Below, in pieces: positions 42,501-52,191 of a stretch of DNA of 64,000 nt. The translations under genes and the position numbers were made by a program. Below the pieces are notes generated by a model. That model made no database searches, had not been told where the DNA came from, and saw only the letters and a program-made list of their open reading frames with translations. Positions within the stretch are counted from its first letter, which is position 1; the number at the start of each line of letters is the position of its first letter. This DNA is from Corallochytrium limacisporum Hawaii (lineage: Eukaryota > Protista > Pluriformea): the NCBI GenBank assembly GCA_002811645.1, contig PDIP01000005.1:259198-323197 (forward strand), given 5' to 3'.

Positions 42501-42927
42501 CGTGCGCCCATAGCACAGGTTCCAAAGCCTGTTGGCGCTCAGGTTCCAGCCACGCACGCTTGAGAAGGATCGCTGTTGAGTGCACAATCTCCTTCAAAAC
42601 GAATGGGCGCAAGTCCGGCTTGCCCATGGCATAGTTCAACAGCTGGTCAAACATTGTCCCCAATGCATCAGGCGTCATGTCTACTGAAGACCACTCCCGC
42701 AAGCAAGCTTTTGGTATGGCCTTAATTGCAGTCCAGACGACATAGTCTGACTTACTGTTTTCCATCAGGAAAAAGCACAGTTGATATGGTTGCCTTTTTG
42801 ACAAAAGCTCCATGAAGACGCCCTCTGCATTTTGACGCTGTGCCCGATCGGTTCCCTTTTCAACCACTTCTGCAGCCTGTTCAAACTGTACTTGCAGTTG
42901 CGCAAATTGAGCGGAATCATTTGCCAT
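39568..42927 (-). CDS. XPO4: Exportin-4
   Basis: 1119-aa HEAT-like ORF. GLSYEFHHRCKQDFE, LRPAKHW, LWEDLHWLLLIAGHLIAD...GEIPEIP, LHRWARTYL, and C-terminal FLGEVRGILMFK. Confidence 0.92.
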   Translation of the reverse strand: MANDSAQFAQLQVQFEQAAEVVEKGTDRAQRQNAEGVFMELLSKRQPYQLCFFLMENSKSDYVVWTAIKAIPKACLREWSSVDMTPDALGTMFDQLLNYAMGKPDLRPFVLKEIVHSTAILLKRAWLEPERQQALEPVLWAHVERSLTQESPQQQHVAASQLQALLTEFGSSSSSSGIGLSYEFHHRCKQDFETNGLKRTFVLTLQVLQSATAQVQNGTDDIPLPSEIILKDMLTVASNVLSWPFGRVGHMTESFDAGESLPILRPAKHWAELLVGHGYPPLQVMFTLYPRICSRQQLAHSLSQCLQQLATLSGPILPTLEARVNYLSFYLQGFIAIMKCQNNKTPEEMKLAHSVIINRLTSSFNQQTWSTVNPSLFQEFLQLSAGFTLDCLNARLGDDEFSPWNSDSIDQLFTAWTSLMLNGIVDSNTAGQAAQEIFNTYVKTALQDGRRKAEQEADDEEDEDFDDDKDVYDDILTSTAVIGRHAIAPSMQTVSGAITHTIGQLQHTMTALMQGQQGDMLLWEDLHWLLLIAGHLIADSDTGEIPEIPECFTQGWRGSAEASQAVCTMMQGVLQFCQGCMQILQQHGDNGAVSPYAMQTVLWFLHRWARTYLFTNKQTADPAILQAFGLQSEHSGQILVFLVQFVQACCSSMSAEKRVCSEACSLLLALVKMKTCRIALMTQLSPQWLEFVTIVKQRQSPMSNMGPDHLVSLYTALSVASWDADESNEEMQYLIQLVESLVAPLKKVAADFDSFRKSAQNVMVETELRRVLSGLTGCFHSIVSNNQKQMLQLVWDPMMIMPQIMECYTTNAQVQGVILECWAVFLEHMGPYATNEQEKHFADAVLHMVRRFHSDFIKGNRSRKRVDEVEDIGDGIRAMLQMNLALFSKDYVDFSDEVSGTQDLHTMVAVVQCLPLLANAALELEDLSKTAATFYTLLQQLFEVHVEHILQLEGDPAQAIVLSLDKGLNSPSAIEVCRRSFESIATLYEGVFNDMQKHGANFSNVHANKIIPNSAGHFLKNIMELLLFKPFNMDLIGNASKALFATMCCCQNDFMRLAHEVVQNVNETFQGDRDRVAKAFDSMMNGGQIELNFKRRNMENFRAALQVFLGEVRGILMFK

Positions 42928-43242
42928 GATCTTTGTGGTTCTCTGAGCCTAGAGGCTCCTTTAGATCAAATCCTACGATACCATTTCGACTAATCTTCAG
43001 CGCATTCCGTAGACTTCAAACATCCACTTTCCGGACTGACAATGACACTAACTTATGCATTGAATTCTCATTAGATCCAGTCGATAACAATGGTTCAGTA
43101 AATACCATTCAAGCATTTGAATCGGATACCTGAAGGTTTGCAGTCTTTTGGTGTACATGTGGGGCCCTACTAAACTCTCTCACCACCGGATGCGATTCGG
43201 TGGCTAGGGAGCTCGCGCGGCAATGGTGGGTGGAACCCCCCC

Positions 43243-43318
43243 GGGGGCGGGAGTGGAGGGGGGAAAGGGCGGGGCCTGATATGCACGCCACAGGCGCAGC
43301 ACGAACAAAGGCGCGAAA
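43243..43318. promoter_or_regulatory. G-quadruplex-forming/GC-box cluster plus E2F-like site (GGCGCGAAA, 43310-43318) in the XPO4/RNASEH2A divergent promoter
   Basis: GGGGG-C-GGG-AGTGGA-GGGGGG-AAA-GGG-C-GGGG at 43243-43274; TTTCGCGCC on the minus strand. Confidence 0.4.
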
Positions 43319-43495
43319 CTTTGGTGCCTCGAAGATGAGGTGAGAGGGGGCAAGGGAGTAACTAGCGCTATCACTGTACATGATCGTCGGAGGTACTTGC
43401 GAATATCAACTTCGGCACTCCAGCCTGAATACGTTCCATAATTTAGAGAAACGTAAACAGAAAGATTATACCTAAACAGTGAGTACAGTAAGAGA

Positions 43496-44653
43496 ATGGC
43501 CCCAGGGAAGATTGAAGACGCATCAGCATGCAGCCCTCGAGCTCAGCGTGCACGGAAGCGGGCGAAGCTATCAGACGACAGCGTGCCAGAAACGCCAATT
43601 GAAGAGTCGCAAGCAAGTACGGTGGTTATGCAGGATGAGCCTGATACCATTATTCAGACACAAGCAGCAGAGAAAGATGAACATCTGGAACCTGAGCTCT
43701 GTCGCGAGTCTAGAAAGGAAGGAAGCCTACAAATTCCTGAAGCATGCAGGGGTGTGCCATGTATGCTTGGCATTGATGAGGCCGGTCGTGGACCGGTCTT
43801 GGGACCGATGGTTTACGGTGTGTGCTACGCTCCAATGGCACAGATTAACCGTTTGAAGGGCGAAAAGTTTGCTGACTCTAAGGTACTGAAACCATCAGAG
43901 CGTGATGAACTGTTTGATGCTATTTCCAAGGGCGACTGCGCTGATTATATCGGCTGGCGAGTGCACATTTTATCCCCGCAGGAGATTTCAGGATGTATGA
44001 GCCGGATACATAAACACAACCTAAATGCTCTTTCACACGGAACGGCAGCAGGTCTGGTCCGGGACGTCCTGAATTCGGGTGTAAACCTTCGCGAGGTGTA
44101 TGTCGACACAGTAGGACCTGAGCATAAGTATCAAGCCTACCTTGAGAACTTGTTCCCAGACATTGACTTCACAGTCTGTAGCAAAGCCGATGCCAAGTTT
44201 CCCATTGTGTCCGCTGCTTCTATTTGCGCAAAGGTGACACGTGATGAGGTCCTCAGGCGCTGGGGCTTTGACGAACCTGGCCACTGTGCAGCCAACTGCC
44301 GACTGCCCATCGGTCGGGAGGTTGGATCCGGCTACCCTGGTGATCCGAACACAAAGGCATGGATGAAGGCGCACCACGATCCTATCTTTGGCTATCCAGC
44401 ACTTGTTCGCTTCTCATGGCGTACTTGCATAACCGACCTTGAACAGAAGGGTCCAAAAGTGACCTGGCTCGAAGACAGTCTTGAATGGCAAGAGGCACAG
44501 AAAGCGAAGGCACCGGGACAGGTTTCCATTGCCTCAGCGCTCAAGAGCATGCCCAAAGCGGCACAGACAGCTCCACTCACGCCCCATGACAAGGCCCTAA
44601 AGCATCCCAAGAGCTTGACGAGTAGACGAATCAAGGTGGTCACACGATTCTAA
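43496..44653 (+). CDS. RNASEH2A: Ribonuclease H2 catalytic subunit A
   Basis: GIDEAGRGPVLGPMVY, FADSK, VYVDTVG, KADAKFPIVSAASICAKVTRD, GSGYPGDP and VRFSW. Confidence 0.96.
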   Translation: MAPGKIEDASACSPRAQRARKRAKLSDDSVPETPIEESQASTVVMQDEPDTIIQTQAAEKDEHLEPELCRESRKEGSLQIPEACRGVPCMLGIDEAGRGPVLGPMVYGVCYAPMAQINRLKGEKFADSKVLKPSERDELFDAISKGDCADYIGWRVHILSPQEISGCMSRIHKHNLNALSHGTAAGLVRDVLNSGVNLREVYVDTVGPEHKYQAYLENLFPDIDFTVCSKADAKFPIVSAASICAKVTRDEVLRRWGFDEPGHCAANCRLPIGREVGSGYPGDPNTKAWMKAHHDPIFGYPALVRFSWRTCITDLEQKGPKVTWLEDSLEWQEAQKAKAPGQVSIASALKSMPKAAQTAPLTPHDKALKHPKSLTSRRIKVVTRF

Positions 44654-44789
44654 GAAATATACTCTATAATCGTCATATCTGTGATAACTATGCATGTGTG
44701 TGTATTGAGTGTGCACTTAAATGATTTGAAAGTGAGGGGGTATGCGTGAATCTGGTGCGGTACTATTGTGATCAACTAGCACACACTAA

Positions 44790-45947
44790 CTACGACGGCT
44801 TAGAAGGCAGTGGAGGGGGCTGCTGCTGTTGTTGCTGCTGCTGCGGCTGTTGCTGTTGCTGTCCATAACTGTACTGGGCCGGATGAGTGTGGGGCGGGGG
44901 GGGTGGAGGTGCGCCCTGTCCAAATGATCCCGTGCGGGCCGGTGGTGGTGGTCGATAGGCCTGGGTGGTTGGGTGAGGTGGATGGTATGCACTCGGCGGT
45001 GGTGGACCATGGTGATGATGATGCGGCGGTAGAGGGGGCCCACGGGGTCCTTGTGGACCTAGGGGCCGAGGGTGACCCGTTCCGGGTGGTGGGAAGGACA
45101 CATACTGTCCCTGTGCTGTCTGATACACTTGCTGTTGCATTGGTGCTTGCTGCTGTTGTTGCGGTGGCTGCGATTGCTGCGGTTGCTGCTGTGGTTGTGG
45201 CTGTTGCTGTTGCTGTCCCTGTGGCTGCTGCTGTGGCGGCAGCTGGGGTGCTTGCTGTTTCTGAATTGCTTGCTGCTGGGGGACCTGTTGCTCAGACACC
45301 TGTTGCTGCTGCAGTGGTGCCTGCTGAGTTGTTTCCGCAGGCTGTGTACTTGCACTCTCAGCGGCGTTTTCGCTCCGATCGGACGCGGATGCAGCCGCTG
45401 CCTGCAAAGCTGCTGGCTGCTGTTGTTGCTGCCCAAGCCATGCCACCAAATCCTCTTGTGGTAATTGAGTGGTGACAACACCAGTTGCGTCAGAACCAGC
45501 GACTGCTGCAGCAGACATGTGAGGCGTCATGGCAATAGTGTTGGCCACCACTGCAGGATTGAGTGCAGCCATCTGCTGCTGAGCAGTCAAAACAGCCTGC
45601 TCGAGATTCCTTAAAGTTGCCTGAAGCGCCTCTAACTGCTGGCCTGCAGCTCCATCCTGGCTAGCGGAATCTCCAGCCAAGTGCACGTCGACGTACAGAC
45701 GGTGGTCCAGAGTTCTTGCCACGTACAAGTCATCATCGGACTCAAGGTTGATCCAATCACCCTCGTCATCCTTATAATACAATTTCAATTCATCATTGGC
45801 GCCCACGTCTTTAGGATAAAGCCGCTGAACCATCAATAGCAAATCATCGTATGCGACGTCATCGCTATGCAAAATAACTCGCTTGTGCTGTCCATTAAGA
45901 CGAACCTTAATGGCTAACTTTCCTTGCAATGCATTCCCGACCGCCAT
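44790..45947 (-). CDS. TFG: TFG-like protein (PB1 domain, coiled coil, P/Q-rich tail)
   Basis: LQGKLAIKVRL...HSDDVAYDDLLLMVQRLY...NDELKLYYKDDEGDWI closely follows the TFG N-terminal PB1 domain. It is followed by a short coiled coil and a P/Q-rich region. Confidence 0.82.
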   Translation of the reverse strand: MAVGNALQGKLAIKVRLNGQHKRVILHSDDVAYDDLLLMVQRLYPKDVGANDELKLYYKDDEGDWINLESDDDLYVARTLDHRLYVDVHLAGDSASQDGAAGQQLEALQATLRNLEQAVLTAQQQMAALNPAVVANTIAMTPHMSAAAVAGSDATGVVTTQLPQEDLVAWLGQQQQQPAALQAAAASASDRSENAAESASTQPAETTQQAPLQQQQVSEQQVPQQQAIQKQQAPQLPPQQQPQGQQQQQPQPQQQPQQSQPPQQQQQAPMQQQVYQTAQGQYVSFPPPGTGHPRPLGPQGPRGPPLPPHHHHHGPPPPSAYHPPHPTTQAYRPPPPARTGSFGQGAPPPPPPHTHPAQYSYGQQQQQPQQQQQQQQPPPLPSKPS

Positions 45948-47022
45948 GTTGGTAGATCAAGACTAGAAAGTTGTTCCAATTGGCTTACAGGCTTCTGTAC
46001 TCACAGAGGATACTGACTTCCCGTGATGTACCTTACTTTGCCCCGGAAAAGGACCTTCAGGGCTGCACCGAAGATCCCGTCGTTCTAGGGGTGTCCGAGA
46101 TCTTTCGTTGAATGTTTTTAAAAGGCGCTCTCCAACCCTCCCCTTGGAACCTGCAACTTCCAACAAAGCCAGCCTGCAGGTTCAGTACGTTCAATACTAA
46201 GTCCCAACCCACAAAGGGTCCGGACGGGCAATGAAAAGCCACAAGGAACAGAGAACGTAAAGGAAAATCTTAAAAACTCACAAACTGAGAGAGTTGGGCA
46301 TGGTGATATCACTTACATACATTAAATACTGAATGTCTGGGTTTGCAGACAGAATAAACCTCCTACCAAGTCCCCCAGGGGTCTCTTTGTCAAGACTATA
46401 GTCTATTAGGGGTCAGCTAATTCGTGAATATGTACCCAGTGTTCGCGGTTTATTTATAGTGCCAGGAAAGTTTCGCTTTTGCCCCTCTCACTAGTTCCTT
46501 TTCTTTCCCTTTTGGCTTTGCTCTGACAGGTAGGACGGTTTCTTGGGCCTCTCATACTTTTTTCTTGCTCGTGTCCGGGGGCACAGTCGGCCGGTGATCA
46601 ACATTAGTTTTCGGTGCTTTTGAGGAGCATTTCTGATACAGGGTCTTTCGGGTTGGCACTGCGGCTTGCGGTTACGCATGGACACTCGGCAACTGCACAT
46701 AGAACACTCAGGTTCTTCAGGAGTTATGCGAGGGTTCTAGGAAAGAAGGAACGGGTGAAGAATACACAGAAAGGCGATGAATGCTTGGGATAGTGGTGAT
46801 TGCGTGGAAATACGATTGTTTGATCAACAAGATGGTCCGGTGAGAAGTGGAAACTGCAGACGAAGTTATGGGAATACCAGTATATTCCTTGTTATAACAT
46901 AAGTGAAGGCATCAGAATGGCCTGAACTAACTAGTTTGCGAACATGAATTGAAGAACAAAGAGACATACTCTTGAAGTTGTAGACAAATACCAGCATTTG
47001 GTGACGATTGTCACCAGGAAAA

Positions 47023-47976
47023 ATGTTTCGGCCGAGTAGACCAGTCCGACGTGCAGAGAAATTTTTGAATGCAATACGCCAAGCGGGTATGGAAGCAAAC
47101 CGAACACACTTTCAGAGAGTGAACATGAACCGTTTGCATGTGGCAACGTTCAATCTGCTTGCACCTTGTTACAAGCGGATAACTACAGAAGACAAGGGAG
47201 TGCAACGGGAGGCGAAATATCCGGATTTATGGAACGCGCGGCTGGATCGCATCTTTGAATATGTTGAAGTTCCACAGCCACCTCTAGACATTCTCATGCT
47301 GCAAGAGTTCTGGTTCCACAAAGATTCTTGGGCCCGGTTCAAAGACCGGTATGGTGACGACTACACATTTCATAGCATACAGAGAACAGGAAAAAAGGAA
47401 GATGGTCTGGTCACAATGGTGCGAAAAGAGCACAAGATCATGTCAGTGGAGCGTTTGGATCTTGAAGACGTAGGATACCGGGTAGCCTTGTTGGTGCGCT
47501 TAGCTCTCGCAGGATCTGGAGTCGAAGTTTTGACTACGAATATTCACCTGAGTTTCCCGCATAACAATGTCGATCAATTGCTCAGGCTAGATCAAGCACG
47601 TAAGGTTCGGGAAGCGATAGATAGACACATCATCCGAATGAATTCGGTCTATGATATCCCGGTGATTGTGGCAGGGGACTTCAACGGTGTAAATGACGAC
47701 GTCACCGCGCTCTTCAGGAGGCACCATTTCCAGAGTGCGGCGCAGACTTGTAATGGTCGTGAGCCATATGTGACACACCTGAATCATCGCAGAGAAGAAG
47801 TTTGCACCGATATCATATACTACCGAAGCACATCGCAGACATTTATGGAGCCGCGTAATACAATCATCCATCCCGCGCACCTGCCTGATCAGGACTGGCC
47901 TGAGGAGCAGCTGGAGATCAGTGACCACCGCATGGTCACTGCGGATTTTGATGTTTCCACGGTCATAAATCGATAG
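47023..47976 (+). CDS. Exonuclease-endonuclease-phosphatase (EEP) family protein
   Basis: ATFNLLAP, LQEFW, DGL, NIHLSFPH, AGDFNG, VTHLNHR, TDIIY and SDH. Start codon uncertain (several Met). Confidence 0.88.
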   Translation: MFRPSRPVRRAEKFLNAIRQAGMEANRTHFQRVNMNRLHVATFNLLAPCYKRITTEDKGVQREAKYPDLWNARLDRIFEYVEVPQPPLDILMLQEFWFHKDSWARFKDRYGDDYTFHSIQRTGKKEDGLVTMVRKEHKIMSVERLDLEDVGYRVALLVRLALAGSGVEVLTTNIHLSFPHNNVDQLLRLDQARKVREAIDRHIIRMNSVYDIPVIVAGDFNGVNDDVTALFRRHHFQSAAQTCNGREPYVTHLNHRREEVCTDIIYYRSTSQTFMEPRNTIIHPAHLPDQDWPEEQLEISDHRMVTADFDVSTVINR

Positions 47977-48076
47977 ATTTGTAGACAAGTAGAATATCAA
48001 CACGTAAGTCATAAACATGCCGTCGGTTAAATACATATTATCACTAATGCTTAAATACATAAACAGTACTATTGAA

Positions 48077-48694
48077 TTACAAGATACTTTGCTCCAATAA
48101 GATCTCCTGGAATCCAGACGGTGGGTCAAAGTCAAAGTCCCGAAATTGTGCATCCAAGATTGCACCATCGTCCACGTACAACAACGGGAACATAGTTCCC
48201 TTGAAGCGATGTATGGAAACATCCAAATCAACTCCGTTCTTAAAGAATCGCAAAGAGTCATGATCATACGCGATACCAATCACGTCACCTTCGGCAACCC
48301 AGTCTTCACCTAGATCGTGCTCAGTTACACCTTGATGCATTACCTTGCCATCATGCATGATGACCCAGGATGTCGGTTCTGTTCCAAAGCTCTGAATCTT
48401 ACCCAGGGTTGCCTTGTTGGTGGCGACTCCAACACCCCACACTCCGTTGGCCTGCAACTTCACTTCAAAATAGCTCTTATCCTGCACCAGCGGAGCATTC
48501 GCCAGACATCCTCCACTTCCGCAGAGCCGTTTGCCGTTCTTTACAACAATGGCATCAATACCCATCGCCTGCTGATTCAGTTTGATCGGACTTTCTTTGG
48601 GAACATCAGCGTGGCTCCCTCTGTATGATCCCAATGGAATCTCTTGTGAGCCTGGCTCTCCCAGTCCGGGAATACAAGAACAAAGCTGGCCCAT
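48077..48694 (-). CDS. SPRYD7: SPRY domain-containing protein 7
   Basis: IVVKNGKRLCGSGGCLANAPLVQDKSYFEVKLQ, EGDVIGIAYDH, YVDDGAILD, PPSGFQEILLEQSIL. N-terminal MGQLCSC is an acylation motif. Confidence 0.93.
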   Translation of the reverse strand: MGQLCSCIPGLGEPGSQEIPLGSYRGSHADVPKESPIKLNQQAMGIDAIVVKNGKRLCGSGGCLANAPLVQDKSYFEVKLQANGVWGVGVATNKATLGKIQSFGTEPTSWVIMHDGKVMHQGVTEHDLGEDWVAEGDVIGIAYDHDSLRFFKNGVDLDVSIHRFKGTMFPLLYVDDGAILDAQFRDFDFDPPSGFQEILLEQSIL

Positions 48695-49626
48695 TCTTCT
48701 ACGTTGTGTTGAAACAAGGATACAGACACTAGAGTGTCACCAGAACGAAGCGTGGGTATCCTATCCTGCTAGGACATTTCTCAGATGTTCTGCGTCGTTT
48801 TTGTTTCTTTAAGAGGAGCACAAACACACTCCGTAACTAAAACAAAATTGTTCTGACCTTTTCGTACCATCTTCTACCTTCGTAGAGACCATATTCTAAT
48901 CTTCTCAGAATACACAATGGCAGTATCATATCAAAGTCTTACAGTCTACAACACCTGCAAATTGCGCCCCAAAACAGCCCCTCGTCACTGTAGCTATGCC
49001 TGTCATTCACTACCCCCGTCACGCTACCCCTCCGTACGTCCCGACCCGTGTTGTGTCGAAAGCCGGGCAGGGCCAGTCTATCAAACCTAGTCCGACGGGC
49101 ACAGTAGCGGTGGACTGTGAATTTAACGATTCAGCAAGGAAGGCAGGGGTATCCGATGCGTTCAGTATAATATTTCATCTGTCGTCCTTCCCCTGCCCCC
49201 TCGGTCCTTTCGCTCCTAGGTTAGTTGTACAGCTATCGCCCGGAGAAAGAACTCCCGTATGTATTCTTCGGTTTCTTTCTCTCATGCCCATACTTCTTGC
49301 CTCCCCAGCACGGAGGTGGGATCTCCATGGGAAGTCTGGTAGCTGAGCGGACAGCAGCGACAAAGTGTTCAGTACGGTCAGCAAGAACCTCTAAGCCTTG
49401 GCACGTGAGGACTATGGTGCAAGTGGAAATGGAGAGTGGATTCTGTTGGTCAGGAGGGCGGAACATAGAATTCTATGTTGACGGCGGTTCAAATGTCTTT
49501 AGCTGGTACTGGTGTGTGATGGTACTTGAGGACAATTACTAGTGAATGATACATTCCATCAAATTCTGCGCTGTAAACAACTGGCTTGTGTGGGCACAGG
49601 AGAGTGTTTCTTTCGTAGCAATCATC

Positions 49627-50886
49627 ATGGCTGACGCACAGGTGCCCACAGCTGCGCCTGAGGGCAAGGGAGACGAACAAGTCGTTACTCCATGGGATGT
49701 GGAGGCCGCGGACGAGAAAGGTGTTGACTATGACAAACTTATCGAGAAATTCGGATCGCAGCCCATTTCAAAGGAACAATTGGAACGCTTTGAGAAACTC
49801 ACGGGCCACAGACCACATCGCTTCCTGCGCCGTGGTATTTTCTTTAGCCAGAGGGACCTTACGAAGGTCCTGGACACATATGAGAAGGGTAAACCGTTCT
49901 TCTTGTACACGGGTCGTGGACCGTCCTCGGAGTCCATGCATGTGGGGCACCTAATCCCCATGATCTTCACTCAGTGGCTGCAGGAGGTCTTCAACGTGCC
50001 TCTGGTTATTCAAATGACTGACGATGAAAAATTTTTGTGGAAGGATTTGAAACTTGAAGAGTGTTACCGCCTATCATATGAGAACACGAAAGATATCATT
50101 GCCTGTGGGTTCGACCCCAAGAAGACGTTTATTTTCAGCGATTTGGATATTATGGGGGGCAACTTCTACCGGAATGTGTGTAAAATCCGCAAGGCTACCA
50201 CTTTCAGCACTGCCGCAGCCATTTTTGGGTTCACAAATTCGTCAAATATTGGTCAGATCGGCTTTCCTGCTGTGCAGGCCGCTCCCTCATTTTCCTCGTC
50301 GTTCACCACGATGTTCGGAGAGAAGAGCGATCTGTTCTGCCTGATTCCATGTGCCATTGATCAGGACCCATATTTCCGTCTTACTCGGGATGTAGCGCCC
50401 AAATTGAAGCTCAAGAAGCCTGCTCTGCTGCATGCCAAATTTTTCCCTGCCCTTCAGGGTGCGCAGACCAAGATGAGTGCTAGTGTGGACACCAGCAGTA
50501 TCTTCCTCACGGACACTCCCAAGCAGATCAAGACCAAGGTAAACAAATACGCGTTCTCCGGTGGTCAGGTGACGATCGAAGAGCACCGTGAGAAAGGAGC
50601 CAATCTGGAGGTAGACATTGCTTACCAGTACCTCACTTTCTTCATGGAGGATGATGATGAGCTGGCGCGCATTGGCGAGGAGTACAAGGCGGGTAAATTG
50701 CTGACAGGCGAGGTCAAGAAAATACTCATTGAAGTCCTTCAAGAAATGATTGGTGCCCAGCAAGAACGTCGCAAGCACGTGACTGATGAGGTTGTGAAGG
50801 AGTTCATGACCCAAAAGCCGTACACTTTCGAGGCTCCTGAGCATTTGAAGAAGCTTCAGGAGGCTAACGGTGAGGCAAAGAACTAA
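49627..50886 (+). CDS. WARS1: Cytoplasmic tryptophanyl-tRNA synthetase
   Basis: [37 protein letters not shown] and KYAFSGG. An in-frame upstream ATG exists at 49546, but 49627 (ATCATGG) is the likelier start. Confidence 0.97.
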   Translation: MADAQVPTAAPEGKGDEQVVTPWDVEAADEKGVDYDKLIEKFGSQPISKEQLERFEKLTGHRPHRFLRRGIFFSQRDLTKVLDTYEKGKPFFLYTGRGPSSESMHVGHLIPMIFTQWLQEVFNVPLVIQMTDDEKFLWKDLKLEECYRLSYENTKDIIACGFDPKKTFIFSDLDIMGGNFYRNVCKIRKATTFSTAAAIFGFTNSSNIGQIGFPAVQAAPSFSSSFTTMFGEKSDLFCLIPCAIDQDPYFRLTRDVAPKLKLKKPALLHAKFFPALQGAQTKMSASVDTSSIFLTDTPKQIKTKVNKYAFSGGQVTIEEHREKGANLEVDIAYQYLTFFMEDDDELARIGEEYKAGKLLTGEVKKILIEVLQEMIGAQQERRKHVTDEVVKEFMTQKPYTFEAPEHLKKLQEANGEAKN

Positions 50887-50976
50887 GAACCCGATGAGGA
50901 ATAAGTTCACTACCTGTACATAATAAACATTAACTATACCTGTAGATGAGCTACTTTGTTTTGGTGATTAGATGAG

Positions 50977-52191
50977 TCAGTGTTCATAGCGAACAGCGGG
51001 ACGTCCGAAACCAAGAGACGCAAATGGTCCATTCAGAAATCTCAGCCACCAGTCAAGCCATTCAGAACGCTGGCAGCTTCGTAGTTCGAACTTCTCAAGA
51101 TCCTCCTTTTTCTCCGGATCACGAACCAACTTCATAAGCGTATTGGTGATTTTGAAGAAGCGGAGTCCAATGGTGTCATGCCTCTCTGCACTAATGAAGT
51201 GACAGATGCAAAACTTACCGAGCCTGGTGAGCACATCGCACACAAAATTGGTGGTGCGACGAGACTGTGGTAGCAGCCAAGTTGGGTCACTGTACCCGAC
51301 GAGATTGCTCTCAAACGCTACAAAGCTCCACAAGAATTCAGTTCCCATGCCCCCAATCGTGCCGAAGGCTTGGACCACATGGTCTGCCATCTCCATAGAA
51401 GTAGCGTTAGGGGTCATGTATGGCACTAGATCAATGAATTCGCGGTTGGTCTCCATTACACCTTCGAGACCATCCGTGCAGATATTGTACCCTTCTTCAA
51501 TACCGAGGTAGTGTCCGATGATCCGCCAGCGGAACAGGTAATCCTCTTGCTGCTTGATGTCGATCTCACGATTGAACTCCTTCTTGATAATGTCCATGCT
51601 TACACTAGTGAATGCAAGCATAACCAGAGACATATCATACTGTGACAGAGGTTTACCAATGTCACAAATCTTTTCGCTATACTTCCGGGCCATGCTGTGC
51701 ATAGCTCTAACCACGTTGAGGCTGCTTCGAGACACGCCCTCAGGATCCAAGAGGTCATCCGCGAACCAGTCAAAGATGTGCATACTGGTATTCCGGAACC
51801 GATTCCACGTTGCTTGGACCGTAGTGGAGTATCCAGAGTACACGAGTACTTCCGAAAATCTGGTTACTCGGAAACCCTGACACAATGCTGCAAGCAAGCC
51901 AAAATGCAAGAGATGAAGGTTGCGCTTGAACATCTCGGTGCCGTCCATAGCCCGCAAACGCGCACGTTCCATTTCGTGCTGCGCGATCCACGGTGGAGGT
52001 GCCACTGCACTAGGGCATTTCCTCGGGTCGACTTTACCTGAGACCGCTATCTCCCTCAATTCCTTAACAGTCAGTGCATCGAACTCTGGGTCAGCACGGC
52101 TCAAACCGTTCTTGATTCGCCAGTAGGTCAGCGGGTGCTCCCGCTGCGTCGCCGGAGGCGGTTCAAACGCCGATGGCGTCAGCTTCTCCAT
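50977..52191 (-). CDS. MpaB/Lcp-like (DUF2236) ER-bound heme oxygenase-domain protein
   Basis: RFRNT, VRAMHSMAR, PLSQYDM and DYLFRWRIIGHYLGI motifs. First ATG at 52191 (the ORF track starts at a GTG). Confidence 0.78.
   Translation of the reverse strand: MEKLTPSAFEPPPATQREHPLTYWRIKNGLSRADPEFDALTVKELREIAVSGKVDPRKCPSAVAPPPWIAQHEMERARLRAMDGTEMFKRNLHLLHFGLLAALCQGFRVTRFSEVLVYSGYSTTVQATWNRFRNTSMHIFDWFADDLLDPEGVSRSSLNVVRAMHSMARKYSEKICDIGKPLSQYDMSLVMLAFTSVSMDIIKKEFNREIDIKQQEDYLFRWRIIGHYLGIEEGYNICTDGLEGVMETNREFIDLVPYMTPNATSMEMADHVVQAFGTIGGMGTEFLWSFVAFESNLVGYSDPTWLLPQSRRTTNFVCDVLTRLGKFCICHFISAERHDTIGLRFFKITNTLMKLVRDPEKKEDLEKFELRSCQRSEWLDWWLRFLNGPFASLGFGRPAVRYEH

Noticed and set aside
44810-45475. Ala/Val- or Leu-rich ORFs antisense to TFG and to the zinc-finger gene
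   Set aside because: Translations of CAG-repeat tracts on the opposite strand.
46632-46790. Ankyrin-like peptide FGLALRLAVTHGH in the TFG/EEP intergenic region
   Set aside because: Single partial repeat, no start codon, and chance similarity is plausible.
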